Assembly: GCA_963663265.2 (NCBI GenBank)
Contig: CAXXXM010000002.1
Coordinates: forward strand, 2,150,078 to 2,214,077
Direction: 5' to 3'
Origin: Melioribacteraceae bacterium
GTDB lineage: Bacteria > Bacteroidota > Ignavibacteria > Ignavibacteriales > Melioribacteraceae
DNA: 64,000 bases
Shown piece by piece: positions 18,851 through 28,203 of this stretch. The notes under the pieces are model-generated. The model saw only the letters and a program-made list of their open reading frames with translations, made no database searches and was not told where the DNA came from. Position numbers and translations under genes: made by a program. How positions within the stretch are numbered: the first letter of the stretch is position 1; each line of letters begins with the position of its first letter.

Positions 18851-20998
18851 ATGAAACCACTTTTTATCCTTTTCATGATCCTATTCCAGGCAGCTACAAT
18901 AATAAAGGCACAAAACGCTAATCAATTTATTCCAAGTCATGACACTTATTTGATTCAAAATGCGGAAGAATTTCAAAAAGGAACCGCAGATGGCTATCTA
19001 TTTGTAAATACTAAAGCGGCACGTTCTTGGGATAGAGAACAGTTGCAAGTAAATAAACTTGAAGATGATACTCAAAATAAACAATTTGAAATAAAGCCTT
19101 CGGCAAACTCAAATTACATGCTGATTGAATTAAAAGGAACCATGAAGTGTTTGGCATTAAAGGGTGGTAAAGATAATAATGGAACGAGAGTAATAATTGC
19201 AAATAAATCAAATGATAAAAGTCAATTTTTTAAACTTATGTACATTGGCAACGGAAAGTTTAAGATAGTCTCTGAATGTGGTAGGGTTTTAGCTATGTCC
19301 AACTGTCCTTATAAAAAGGGTTCTGAAGTAGTGATTTGGGATGACGTTAATAACTCATGTGTCGAATGGGTAATAATATCTGAAAAAAGCAAAAAGGCAT
19401 TAAATTTGGAAAGTTGTTTTGGTGTTGGGGATACACCGATTGCTGCAAAACCGAAAAATGTACCAACTCAACAAACAAACACCACCAACCAACAAACAAA
19501 TGCGATTTCTAAAGAATTTAAAATGGCAGATATGACAGGAATAAGAACATTTTATATTCAGTCTGCCTTATGTTATGGAAAGAACCTAAAAGGTTTTTTT
19601 GATACTCCCGGAGGCAAAGCAGTTTCGGGGATTAATGTTCAATTATATACGCTTGGCGATAATCTGCCTGATAGAAAATATAGATTAAAACAATTAAGTC
19701 CTACAAGGTTTTATTATAATATTTGCGTAAGTAGTGATGATAATATAGTTCTTGATTTGGATGGGGAAAAATTCCAAGATGGTGCAAACCTTTATTTGTT
19801 TAATAAAAGAGTTAACGGAGCCCAAAGTTATCACTTTAGATACATGGGACAAGGAAGGTTTAAAATTTATACATCTAATCCAAATTTTGTAGTTGGGGTA
19901 ACAAAAAGTGCAATTGACGGAAGTAACGTTGTAATGTTAGAAGATCAGAATAACCCATGGGTTGAATGGTATTTGATTGATTCAGAAACAAATGAACCGT
20001 TTATTCCCAAAGATGTTACAGAGGGTTTGTGGACAGTTAAATCAAATGATGCTGATATTGTTAGTACTCTTGAAGAGGTTAATACTGCATATTCAGTAAT
20101 TAAATCTGTTGAAAATTCTTCAAGTAATGCACTATTTAAAATTGAAAACTTACGCAGTATGTTTGATAAAAGTAATATTTTGATTGATAGAGTGGGTTCG
20201 TTTACATCAAAGGTAAATAGCACTCAACAAGCGTTAGAGCCATTCAGATTTATTCCGTATGTCGGTAACGCAATTAAAGCTCTTCAGACAGGAATGGAAG
20301 TCGTCGGCTCTAAGTTGGAATTGGCTTCTAATGGGTTAAATGCTCTTAAAGCAAAAGTTGTAGTACAGGCTTATGATAATTTAAATTATTCGCATCCCAT
20401 TAATATGCTTTTTAATTCGCAAATTAAATTTGCTAAATTTTCGTTAATGAAGTATAGTAAATACATTGCTCATTCTGATACTGCTGAAGCAAACTCAAAG
20501 AAAATCCAATTTACGTCTATCAAGGAAAATGTTTCAAAAATCAAACAGTTAATAAGTGCAAATGAAAAAGGGTTTAACGATATTATAAAAAGCTGTGACA
20601 AACTGGATAATGTGCAGAAACCAATTAACGATTTTGATAAAGGATTAAAAGTATTTGATAATGGGTTGAAACCGGTTGATAGGGTGGCTGGAGAAATAAA
20701 TAATGTTCTCGATAAACAATTCAAAAAAGATATTGGGAAAATTAAAATCCGTATAAGTGTACGGGATATTATATCAGGTAAAAAACTTCAAAAAATATTT
20801 GCAGGTCCGGCACAAAAATTCGCTAAAGGACTTATTGATAAACTACTAAAAAAACTTAACATAAAAATTCCTTCTGTTCCCGGATCGAATGCAATGGAAA
20901 ATGCACTTAATAGTGCTTTTGACATTACTAAACAAATTAGAGCTAATTCAGAAGAAATCAATAAACTATCTTTACAATTAAATAGTTTGACCTTGTAA
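18851..20998 (+). CDS. paralog of 16552-18618: secreted double lectin-like module plus helical C-terminal domain
   Basis: Signal peptide 'MKPLFILFMILFQAATIIKAQ'. Blocks shared with the upstream gene: 'GIRTFYIQSAL.YGK', 'PWVEWYLIDSETNEPFIP', 'FDNGLKPVDRVAGEINNVLDKQFKKDIGKIKIRISVRDI' and 'LLKKLNIKIPSVPG'. Confidence 0.6.
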   Translation: MKPLFILFMILFQAATIIKAQNANQFIPSHDTYLIQNAEEFQKGTADGYLFVNTKAARSWDREQLQVNKLEDDTQNKQFEIKPSANSNYMLIELKGTMKCLALKGGKDNNGTRVIIANKSNDKSQFFKLMYIGNGKFKIVSECGRVLAMSNCPYKKGSEVVIWDDVNNSCVEWVIISEKSKKALNLESCFGVGDTPIAAKPKNVPTQQTNTTNQQTNAISKEFKMADMTGIRTFYIQSALCYGKNLKGFFDTPGGKAVSGINVQLYTLGDNLPDRKYRLKQLSPTRFYYNICVSSDDNIVLDLDGEKFQDGANLYLFNKRVNGAQSYHFRYMGQGRFKIYTSNPNFVVGVTKSAIDGSNVVMLEDQNNPWVEWYLIDSETNEPFIPKDVTEGLWTVKSNDADIVSTLEEVNTAYSVIKSVENSSSNALFKIENLRSMFDKSNILIDRVGSFTSKVNSTQQALEPFRFIPYVGNAIKALQTGMEVVGSKLELASNGLNALKAKVVVQAYDNLNYSHPINMLFNSQIKFAKFSLMKYSKYIAHSDTAEANSKKIQFTSIKENVSKIKQLISANEKGFNDIIKSCDKLDNVQKPINDFDKGLKVFDNGLKPVDRVAGEINNVLDKQFKKDIGKIKIRISVRDIISGKKLQKIFAGPAQKFAKGLIDKLLKKLNIKIPSVPGSNAMENALNSAFDITKQIRANSEEINKLSLQLNSLTL

Positions 20999-21185
20999 AC
21001 TTTATATATTATAATAAATTTTAAACGGCTTTTTCTAATACTGCATGTATTGAAAGAGCCTTTTTTTGTGCTAATTTATTGGCAAATTGTACAATTTTTA
21101 GTAAAAATAAAATATTGACATTATTATAAATAATTATAATATTGAAATAAAGTTAAATCTTAAAAATTGCAATTTGGGAGGCTGA

Positions 21186-22355
21186 ATGATTAGCAAAAAT
21201 GAAATACAGTTAGAACTAAGAAAGTTTGTGGCTCCTGAATATATTTTTGGTTTAGAAGCCCGTAAGTTAGCAGCAAATTATAGCAAAAAACTGGGCGGAG
21301 AAAAGATTTTTGTTGCTACTGATAAGGGGATTGAAAATACAATCTGGATTAAAGAACTTGAGTTATCGTTACAACAAGAAGAACTTGAGTTTGTTATTTA
21401 TGATAAAATATCCCCCAATCCTCGAAATTACGAAGTGATGGAGGGTGCACAAGTATATTTAGAAAACAAATGTAATTTAATTTTAGCTATTGGCGGCGGT
21501 AGTGTAATGGATTGTGCAAAAGGGATTGGTATTGTAGTAACAAATAAAAGCCACATAAACAATTATGAGGGGATTGATAAAATAATGCGACCAACCCCAC
21601 CAATAATTTGTATACCAACAACATCAGGGACTTCGGCAGATGTATCTCAATTTGCAATAATAAATAAAGCAGAAGAGAAATATAAAATGGCAATAGTCAG
21701 CAAAGCACTTGTGCCTGATGTTGCATTAATAGATCCTTTAATTTTGCAAACAATGGATAGTTATTTAACGGCTTGTACAGGAATGGATGCTTTATGTCAT
21801 GCGTTTGAAGCATATGTTTCTAATGCAAATTCGCCTTTTACCGATTTGTACGCAATAGAAGCCATAAAGTTAATAAACATAAATTTAAAAAAGACAATTA
21901 CTAATCCCGAAGATATTCAGGCAAGGGGTAAAGTTATGTTGGGAAGTTTGTATGCCGGATTAGCATTTTCAAATGCAAGCTTGGGATGTGTGCATTCTTT
22001 GGCTCATAGTCTTGGCGGCTATCTTGATTTGGCTCACGGGGAATGTAACGCAATTTTGCTTCCTCATGTAGTTGATTATAATTATTCTAATGCATCAGAG
22101 AGGTATTCGGAAATTGCAGATACTATGGGGATAGAAATAACTGATTCTGTTGAAAAAAACAAACAAAATTTAATGGATTATCTAATAAAATATAGAAAAG
22201 AAATTGGGATAGTTGATTCCCTAAAAAACAAAGGAGTAGGTGTAGATATTATTCCAACATTAGCTGCAAAGGCAATTAACGATCCTTGTAATGCAACTAA
22301 TCCAAAACCACCAATTAAAGATGATTTAGCAACAATATATAATGAAGCGTTGTAA
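21186..22355 (+). CDS. iron-containing (group III) alcohol dehydrogenase
   Basis: GGGAGG lies upstream. 'GGGSVMDCAKGIG' and the metal-ligand region 'HSLAHSLGGYLDLAHGECNA' are present. 389 aa. Confidence 0.85.
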   Translation: MISKNEIQLELRKFVAPEYIFGLEARKLAANYSKKLGGEKIFVATDKGIENTIWIKELELSLQQEELEFVIYDKISPNPRNYEVMEGAQVYLENKCNLILAIGGGSVMDCAKGIGIVVTNKSHINNYEGIDKIMRPTPPIICIPTTSGTSADVSQFAIINKAEEKYKMAIVSKALVPDVALIDPLILQTMDSYLTACTGMDALCHAFEAYVSNANSPFTDLYAIEAIKLININLKKTITNPEDIQARGKVMLGSLYAGLAFSNASLGCVHSLAHSLGGYLDLAHGECNAILLPHVVDYNYSNASERYSEIADTMGIEITDSVEKNKQNLMDYLIKYRKEIGIVDSLKNKGVGVDIIPTLAAKAINDPCNATNPKPPIKDDLATIYNEAL

Positions 22356-22357
22356 AT

Positions 22358-24736
22358 ATGGAAAAAGATTTTGAACAACAAAGAGATAAGATAATAGGCT
22401 TGGGTGAAAATTCATTCAAAAAAAGTTATTATCCTGAATTGCAGCAAAAAATTCTTGAAATAGAAACCGCTTATTTAAATATATCAAATGTATTTAGCAG
22501 TATAAATGATGCAATTGTTATTCATGATGAAGATGGGGAAATATATCTGCTTAATAAGCAGGCGGAAGAGTTATTTAATTTAAAATCAGAAGATAAAAAC
22601 AGGTATAGGTTATTTGATTTATTTTCGGATAAGTTAAATTATGTGGAATTGCTCGAAATATGGAAAGACATAAAAAAAGGGCATGCAAAAATAGTGAATA
22701 TGATTGTAAGGCCTTTAAATAGAAATATTGAATTTCAAGTTCAAACTTCAATTAATAGAGTTTATTGGTATGGTAAAAACTTGTTGGTTGCAGTATTAAG
22801 GGATTTTTCTGATAGAGCGAAATTTGAAGAGGAATTGGTAAGTGCAAGAGAAAGTGCGGAAAAAAGCGAAAAAGCTTTAGCTGCCATTATAGAAAATATC
22901 CCTTTTGCGGTTTTTGCATATACTCTGGATGGTAGAATATTGATGGTAAATAATTTGTCAGAAGTTTATACAAAATACTCGCGTTATGAATTGTTGAACA
23001 TGAATATTGAAGAACTTGATATAGAGTTTTCGCTTGAGGGAGGAAATCAGAAAAAATGGGAAAGTATTAAAGATACCGGCTTTGTTCAATTTGTTTCCTC
23101 ACTCTATAAAAAAGATAATGAAAAATTATTGATAGAAGTAAATATTACTTCTTTAGTTTATAAGGGAAAACAGATTTTACTTTCAGTTGTTCAAGATATA
23201 ACTAAACGTATGGAAGCGGAAATTAAATTACAAAAGAGTGAGGAAAGATTAAGTTATGCCTTGTCTGCTGCCAACGATGGTATATGGGATATTTGTGTTG
23301 ATGGTTCATCAAGTTACTTTAACGACCAATACTACAAAATGCTTGGTTATGAACCGTTAGAATTTCCACCAATTTATGAAAGTTTTATTGACTTGCTTCA
23401 CGATGATGATAGGGATAGAGTAATTAACTCTTTGAAATCAAGTGAGGGACGAGATGGATTTTTTGAATCCGAGTTTAGACTTAGGATGAAAAACGGGGAA
23501 TATAAGTGGATATTGGGGCGTGGTAAAATGGTTGAGTTTCGCAACGATGCTGGATACAGAATGGTTGGAACACATGTTGATATAACAGAAAGAAAAAATT
23601 ATGAGGAGGAATTAAGAATTGCAAAAGAAAAAGCTGAGGAAAGCAATCGATTAAAGTCTGCATTTTTGCAAAATATGTCGCATGAAATTAGAACTCCTCT
23701 TAATGCTATTTGTGGATTTACTGGATTGCTTAACAATCCTGATATACCGGAAGAAAATAAACAAAATTTTATTTCAATAATTCAAAGCAGCAGCAAACGG
23801 TTGTTACAAGTAGTATCTGATGTGTTAACAATATCATCGTTAGAAACAAAACAAGAAGAAGTTAAATATGAAGAAGTAAATATAAATACAATAATACTAA
23901 ACAGATTGGCAGAATTTAAGAATCAAGCTAATAACCAAAATTTACCAATTTATACTAAGTTGTTTCTTGCTGATAATGATGCTTTCATTTTAACAGACAA
24001 GGCAAAAATCACTCAAATCTTAAATAACCTGTTATCTAATGCATTAAAATTTACGCATGAAGGCTCTGTTGAGTTTGGCTATTTACTTAAAAATGAAACA
24101 TTGGAATTTTTTGTTAAAGATACAGGAATTGGAATAACTGAAAAACAAAAAGAAATAATATTTGAAAGTTTTAATCAGGCTGATAATTCAATTCAAGCAA
24201 ATTTTGGAGGCACCGGATTAGGATTATCAATATCCAAAGGGTTTATTGAGCTGTTAGGTGGTAAAATTTGGGTAGAATCTGAATTTGGACGTGGCTCAAC
24301 CTTTTACTTTTCAATACCATTTAAACCTGTTTTCAGGAATACATTTGATAAAGTTGATAATTCTGTAAAAAACAAACGGGGGACTATTTTAATTGCAGAA
24401 GATGAAGAAATAAATTATTTGTTTTTGGAGGTAATTCTTAAGAAACTTGATTTTATTATTATACATGCAAAAAATGGAAAAGAAGCAGTTGAACATTGTA
24501 AAAACAACAAGGATATAAATCTTGTTTTGATGGATATTAAAATGCCTATTATGGATGGTGCAACTGCGGCAAAATTAATTAAAGAGATGAACCCTAATTT
24601 GCCGGTTATTGCCCAAACAGCTTATGGTATTCAGCAAGAAAGAGATAAGTATAAAGATTTGTTTGATGAATATCTGGTTAAACCAATTAAAAATGAAGAG
24701 TTATCTAAAAGCGTGTTACAATATTTTGTGAATTAA
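22358..24736 (+). CDS. multi-PAS hybrid sensor histidine kinase with C-terminal receiver
   Basis: It starts 2 nt after the ADH stop. PAS repeats, H-box 'MSHEIRTPLNAI', 'GGTGLGLSISKG', and a receiver ('ILIAEDEEIN...MDIKMPIMDG...KPI'). Confidence 0.85.
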   Translation: MEKDFEQQRDKIIGLGENSFKKSYYPELQQKILEIETAYLNISNVFSSINDAIVIHDEDGEIYLLNKQAEELFNLKSEDKNRYRLFDLFSDKLNYVELLEIWKDIKKGHAKIVNMIVRPLNRNIEFQVQTSINRVYWYGKNLLVAVLRDFSDRAKFEEELVSARESAEKSEKALAAIIENIPFAVFAYTLDGRILMVNNLSEVYTKYSRYELLNMNIEELDIEFSLEGGNQKKWESIKDTGFVQFVSSLYKKDNEKLLIEVNITSLVYKGKQILLSVVQDITKRMEAEIKLQKSEERLSYALSAANDGIWDICVDGSSSYFNDQYYKMLGYEPLEFPPIYESFIDLLHDDDRDRVINSLKSSEGRDGFFESEFRLRMKNGEYKWILGRGKMVEFRNDAGYRMVGTHVDITERKNYEEELRIAKEKAEESNRLKSAFLQNMSHEIRTPLNAICGFTGLLNNPDIPEENKQNFISIIQSSSKRLLQVVSDVLTISSLETKQEEVKYEEVNINTIILNRLAEFKNQANNQNLPIYTKLFLADNDAFILTDKAKITQILNNLLSNALKFTHEGSVEFGYLLKNETLEFFVKDTGIGITEKQKEIIFESFNQADNSIQANFGGTGLGLSISKGFIELLGGKIWVESEFGRGSTFYFSIPFKPVFRNTFDKVDNSVKNKRGTILIAEDEEINYLFLEVILKKLDFIIIHAKNGKEAVEHCKNNKDINLVLMDIKMPIMDGATAAKLIKEMNPNLPVIAQTAYGIQQERDKYKDLFDEYLVKPIKNEELSKSVLQYFVN

Positions 24737-24762
24737 TAAGTATATAAAAGAGATTTAAACGT

Positions 24763-24792
24763 AAAAAAGCAACTCTTTAGGAGTTGCTTTTT
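24763..24792. terminator. bidirectional rho-independent terminator between the kinase gene and tRNA-fMet
   Basis: AAAAA-AGCAACTC-TTTAG-GAGTTGCT-TTTT: an 8-bp stem flanked by an A-run and a T-run, so it reads as a terminator on both strands. Confidence 0.65.
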
Positions 24793-24797
24793 AGTTG

Positions 24798-24870
<73 letters not shown>

Positions 24871-25179
24871 ATGTAATTTTAAGACTTGAAATATAACATT
24901 TTTTTTGAGTAAAGTCAAATTATATAAAATATTTCTGTATTTAATTTACTGTCTTATTTAAATATATTAATAATGGAATAGTGTTTTTAGGTCTACTTAA
25001 TAATATATGCTTGTTTTGTATTCTGTCTATTAAAGAAAGCGGGTTGCTTTTGAACCTTCATTCCAACAAGAGTTAAGTTTAATTGATTATAAAGCAATAA
25101 AATATTTTATGGTGAGTAATAATATAATTAGGATAAAATTTACTATTTTTGTAAATAATATTGAAGAAAATATAATAAA

Positions 25180-26655
25180 ATGACTGATATCGAAAAAAGA
25201 TTACTAAATCTGCTTAATAAAAATGGTAAGGGTTTTTATACAATTACCTGGTTTACTGGTGAGAAACAAAGTTATATTTCGGAATCAGTTCAAAATGTAA
25301 CTGGTTTTACATCTACTGAGTTATCAAAAGAATTGGGTGGGTTAAATAACATAATATGTGAGCAAGATCGACTTTTGGTAAAAAAAGCACTTTCGGAACT
25401 CTTTTCAAGTTCATTTAATAGTAAAGAAATAACATTTAGAATTGTAACAAAAGAAAATAAGATAAAAAACATTCATCAGATTATTTTTGTTGAAAGAAAT
25501 AGCTTAGGCAAGGTAATAGTAGTTGAAACAATAAATACAGATTTTACAATAGAAACCGGCGATTCAGAAGCAATAAATCAAGAATACAAAAAATTATTGG
25601 ACTTGAATAATGCAAAAGATAAATTTATTTCTATTGTTTCGCATGATTTGCGAGCCCCTTTTACCAGTCTTCTTGGTTTTTCAGAGATTTTGATTAGTGA
25701 AAAAGATTTACCTGAAGATGAAAAGCAGGAATATCTCGGTTACATAAATAACGCGGCACAGTCGCAGCTTCAATTGGTTAATCATTTACTCGATTGGTCA
25801 AGATTACAAACAGGGCGTTTAGTAGTGGAGCCGCATAGGCTAAATGTTAAGGCTTTAGTTGCCAATGCTGCATCCCTTTTAACCGGAACAGCAATAAGGA
25901 AAAGTGTTAGTATTTTCCAATCAATTGATGAAGAGTTATTTATTCATGCCGATGAAAGATTAATTACACAAGTAGTTTGTAATTTGTTAAGCAACGCAAT
26001 TAAATTTACTCCAACCGGTAAAAGTATAACAATTAGAGCCGAAAAATTTAAAACCGGTTATATTGAGTTTGTTATAAAGGATGAAGGAGTTGGAATATCC
26101 GACGCAGATCAATCGAAAATATTTAAAATAGATGAAAAGTTTTCTTCAAATGGAACAGAAGGTGAAAAAGGGAGTGGCTTAGGTTTAATTTTAGTTAAAG
26201 ATATTATTGAAAAGCATAATGGAGAAATTTGGTTTTATTCAAGGCAGGAAGTTGGTACTGAATTTCATTTTACATTACCGGAAGCAAAAAATGTTGTATT
26301 AATTGTTGAGGATGATTCGGGCATGCTATCATTGTATAAGAAAATAATTAGTAAAGCGTTTGAAGATTGTGAAATAATAGAAGCAAATAATGGATATGAA
26401 GCATTAAGAGTGATACTGAATAAATTGCCATCTTTAGTAATAACAGACCATGAAATGCCGCTTATGAGCGGGGTACAGCTAATTGAAGCTATACGTAAAA
26501 AAGAAGGTAAAAGAGCTGTACCTATAATTGTTATTTCAGCAAAATTTAATGATGTTATACGTCAAAAATATACTGAACTCGGAGTTAATAAACTTATTCC
26601 AAAACCAATTGAGGGGAAACAATTAGTAGACCTAATTTACCAAAGTGTAAATTAA
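25180..26655 (+). CDS. PAS hybrid sensor histidine kinase with C-terminal receiver
   Basis: H-box 'VSHDLRAPFTSL', 'GSGLGLILVKD', and a receiver ('VLIVEDDSG...TDHEMPLMSG...KPI'). Confidence 0.85.
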   Translation: MTDIEKRLLNLLNKNGKGFYTITWFTGEKQSYISESVQNVTGFTSTELSKELGGLNNIICEQDRLLVKKALSELFSSSFNSKEITFRIVTKENKIKNIHQIIFVERNSLGKVIVVETINTDFTIETGDSEAINQEYKKLLDLNNAKDKFISIVSHDLRAPFTSLLGFSEILISEKDLPEDEKQEYLGYINNAAQSQLQLVNHLLDWSRLQTGRLVVEPHRLNVKALVANAASLLTGTAIRKSVSIFQSIDEELFIHADERLITQVVCNLLSNAIKFTPTGKSITIRAEKFKTGYIEFVIKDEGVGISDADQSKIFKIDEKFSSNGTEGEKGSGLGLILVKDIIEKHNGEIWFYSRQEVGTEFHFTLPEAKNVVLIVEDDSGMLSLYKKIISKAFEDCEIIEANNGYEALRVILNKLPSLVITDHEMPLMSGVQLIEAIRKKEGKRAVPIIVISAKFNDVIRQKYTELGVNKLIPKPIEGKQLVDLIYQSVN

Positions 26656-26683
26656 TTTATATTTAATAAACTATAAGGAAAAA

Positions 26684-27208
26684 ATGAATAAAGAACGAAA
26701 ATGGTATGCATTATATACCAAACCAAAGCACGAATTTAAGGCAGAAATACAATTAGGCGAAATGGGAATTGAGTGTTATTTGCCAAAAATTACACAAATT
26801 AAGCAGTGGAGCGATAGAAAAAAGAAGGTTATTGAACCCTTATTTAAAAGCTATATTTTTATACATGTTGATGATAGTGAAAGATACATTGCAGTACAAG
26901 CAAAATCGATTGTTAAGGTGGTAAACTTTCAGGGTACACCTGCTACTTTGCCGGACTGGCAGATTGAAAATCTACAAAAAATGTTGGCAACAAATCCAGA
27001 TGCATTTGTTTCTGAGCTTATTAAAATTGGAACCAATGTAAAAATAATTGAAGGTCCATTTGCAGGTGTTGAAGGAATATTGGCTGCATATGGAAATAAT
27101 GAGAGTATACTGGGGGTTAATATTGATATGTTACAACGTTCAGTAATGGTATATCTCCCGGCATCCAGTATAATTGAAGAAGTTCTTAAACAAGAAAATA
27201 CTATTTAA
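26684..27208 (+). CDS. NusG paralog, UpxY/RfaH-like transcription antiterminator
   Basis: N-terminal NGN block 'KWYALYTKPKHEFKAEIQL', 'PLFKSYIFI', and a KOW motif 'GTNVKIIEGPFAGVEGIL'. 174 aa. Confidence 0.75.
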   Translation: MNKERKWYALYTKPKHEFKAEIQLGEMGIECYLPKITQIKQWSDRKKKVIEPLFKSYIFIHVDDSERYIAVQAKSIVKVVNFQGTPATLPDWQIENLQKMLATNPDAFVSELIKIGTNVKIIEGPFAGVEGILAAYGNNESILGVNIDMLQRSVMVYLPASSIIEEVLKQENTI

Positions 27209-27219
27209 TTATAGGATAT

Positions 27220-28185
27220 ATGATGGTTAATCAAATTGATTTCAACAAGTTAAATGCAGGTGATTCTATACTGCATTATTGCATTTTAGTTAAAAATGAA
27301 ATTAAAACTGCTAAAAATGGAAGATCCTATTTAAATGCTGAAGTTAAAGATAAAACAGCAACTTTAACTGCTCGCAAATGGGATGATTTTGAAGAATTCA
27401 TTGATAATGCAAAAGAAGGTGATATAATAAAAATCAAGGGTGTTGCTGAAGAATATATGGGTGTAATTAATATTAAAATTGAGGCAATACGAAAAACAGT
27501 TGAGCAGGAAAATGTATCGTTAAGTGATTTTTTAGCTGCAAGCGAAAGAAGTTACGACGAAATGATACAAGAGTTTAATGGTGTTATTAATTCAATAAAA
27601 AACAAATATCTAAATAAACTTGTAAACGAAATGTTTACGGGTGAAAACTTCGAAAAATATACTCATGTTCCGGCAGGAAAATCGTGGCATCATTCCTACA
27701 TAAGTGGTTTGTTAGAACATACTTTGGAAATAGTAAAAATATGCGATTTGATGGCTGTTTTCCATAAAGAAGTAAAACGCGATTTATTGATATGCGGAGC
27801 TTTATTTCATGATTATGGAAAAATTAGAGAATTAAGCTTTAATGCAGCATTTGATTATACAGATGTTGGTAAACTTTTAGGGCACATTGTTATTGGTGCT
27901 ATGGAAGTAGAAAAGAAAATTGAGCAGATTGATAACTTTCCGGAAAATCTAAAAACCGAGCTTTTACATTTAATATTAAGTCATCAAGGTAAACTTGAAT
28001 TTGCAACCCCTGTTGAACCAAAAACTCTTGAAGCTATTATACTTTATCATGCTGATGAATTAAGTGCAAAAGCAAATGCATATAAATATGCAATTAAAGC
28101 CGAAGAACATAAAAATGCAAATTGGACTAAATATTTACCGTTAGCCAATACAGCTCTTTATATATCGCGAGACGATTTTAATTAA
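27220..28185 (+). CDS. YhaM-like 3'-5' exoribonuclease (OB-fold + HD domain)
   Basis: N-terminal OB-fold ('KNGRSYLNAEVKDKTATLTARKWD'), HD domain ('HHSYISGLLEHTL', 'LFHDYGK', 'ILYHADELS'). About 320 aa, as for YhaM. Confidence 0.75.
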   Translation: MMVNQIDFNKLNAGDSILHYCILVKNEIKTAKNGRSYLNAEVKDKTATLTARKWDDFEEFIDNAKEGDIIKIKGVAEEYMGVINIKIEAIRKTVEQENVSLSDFLAASERSYDEMIQEFNGVINSIKNKYLNKLVNEMFTGENFEKYTHVPAGKSWHHSYISGLLEHTLEIVKICDLMAVFHKEVKRDLLICGALFHDYGKIRELSFNAAFDYTDVGKLLGHIVIGAMEVEKKIEQIDNFPENLKTELLHLILSHQGKLEFATPVEPKTLEAIILYHADELSAKANAYKYAIKAEEHKNANWTKYLPLANTALYISRDDFN

Positions 28186-28203
28186 ACTAAAATAGGTATC
28201 ATC

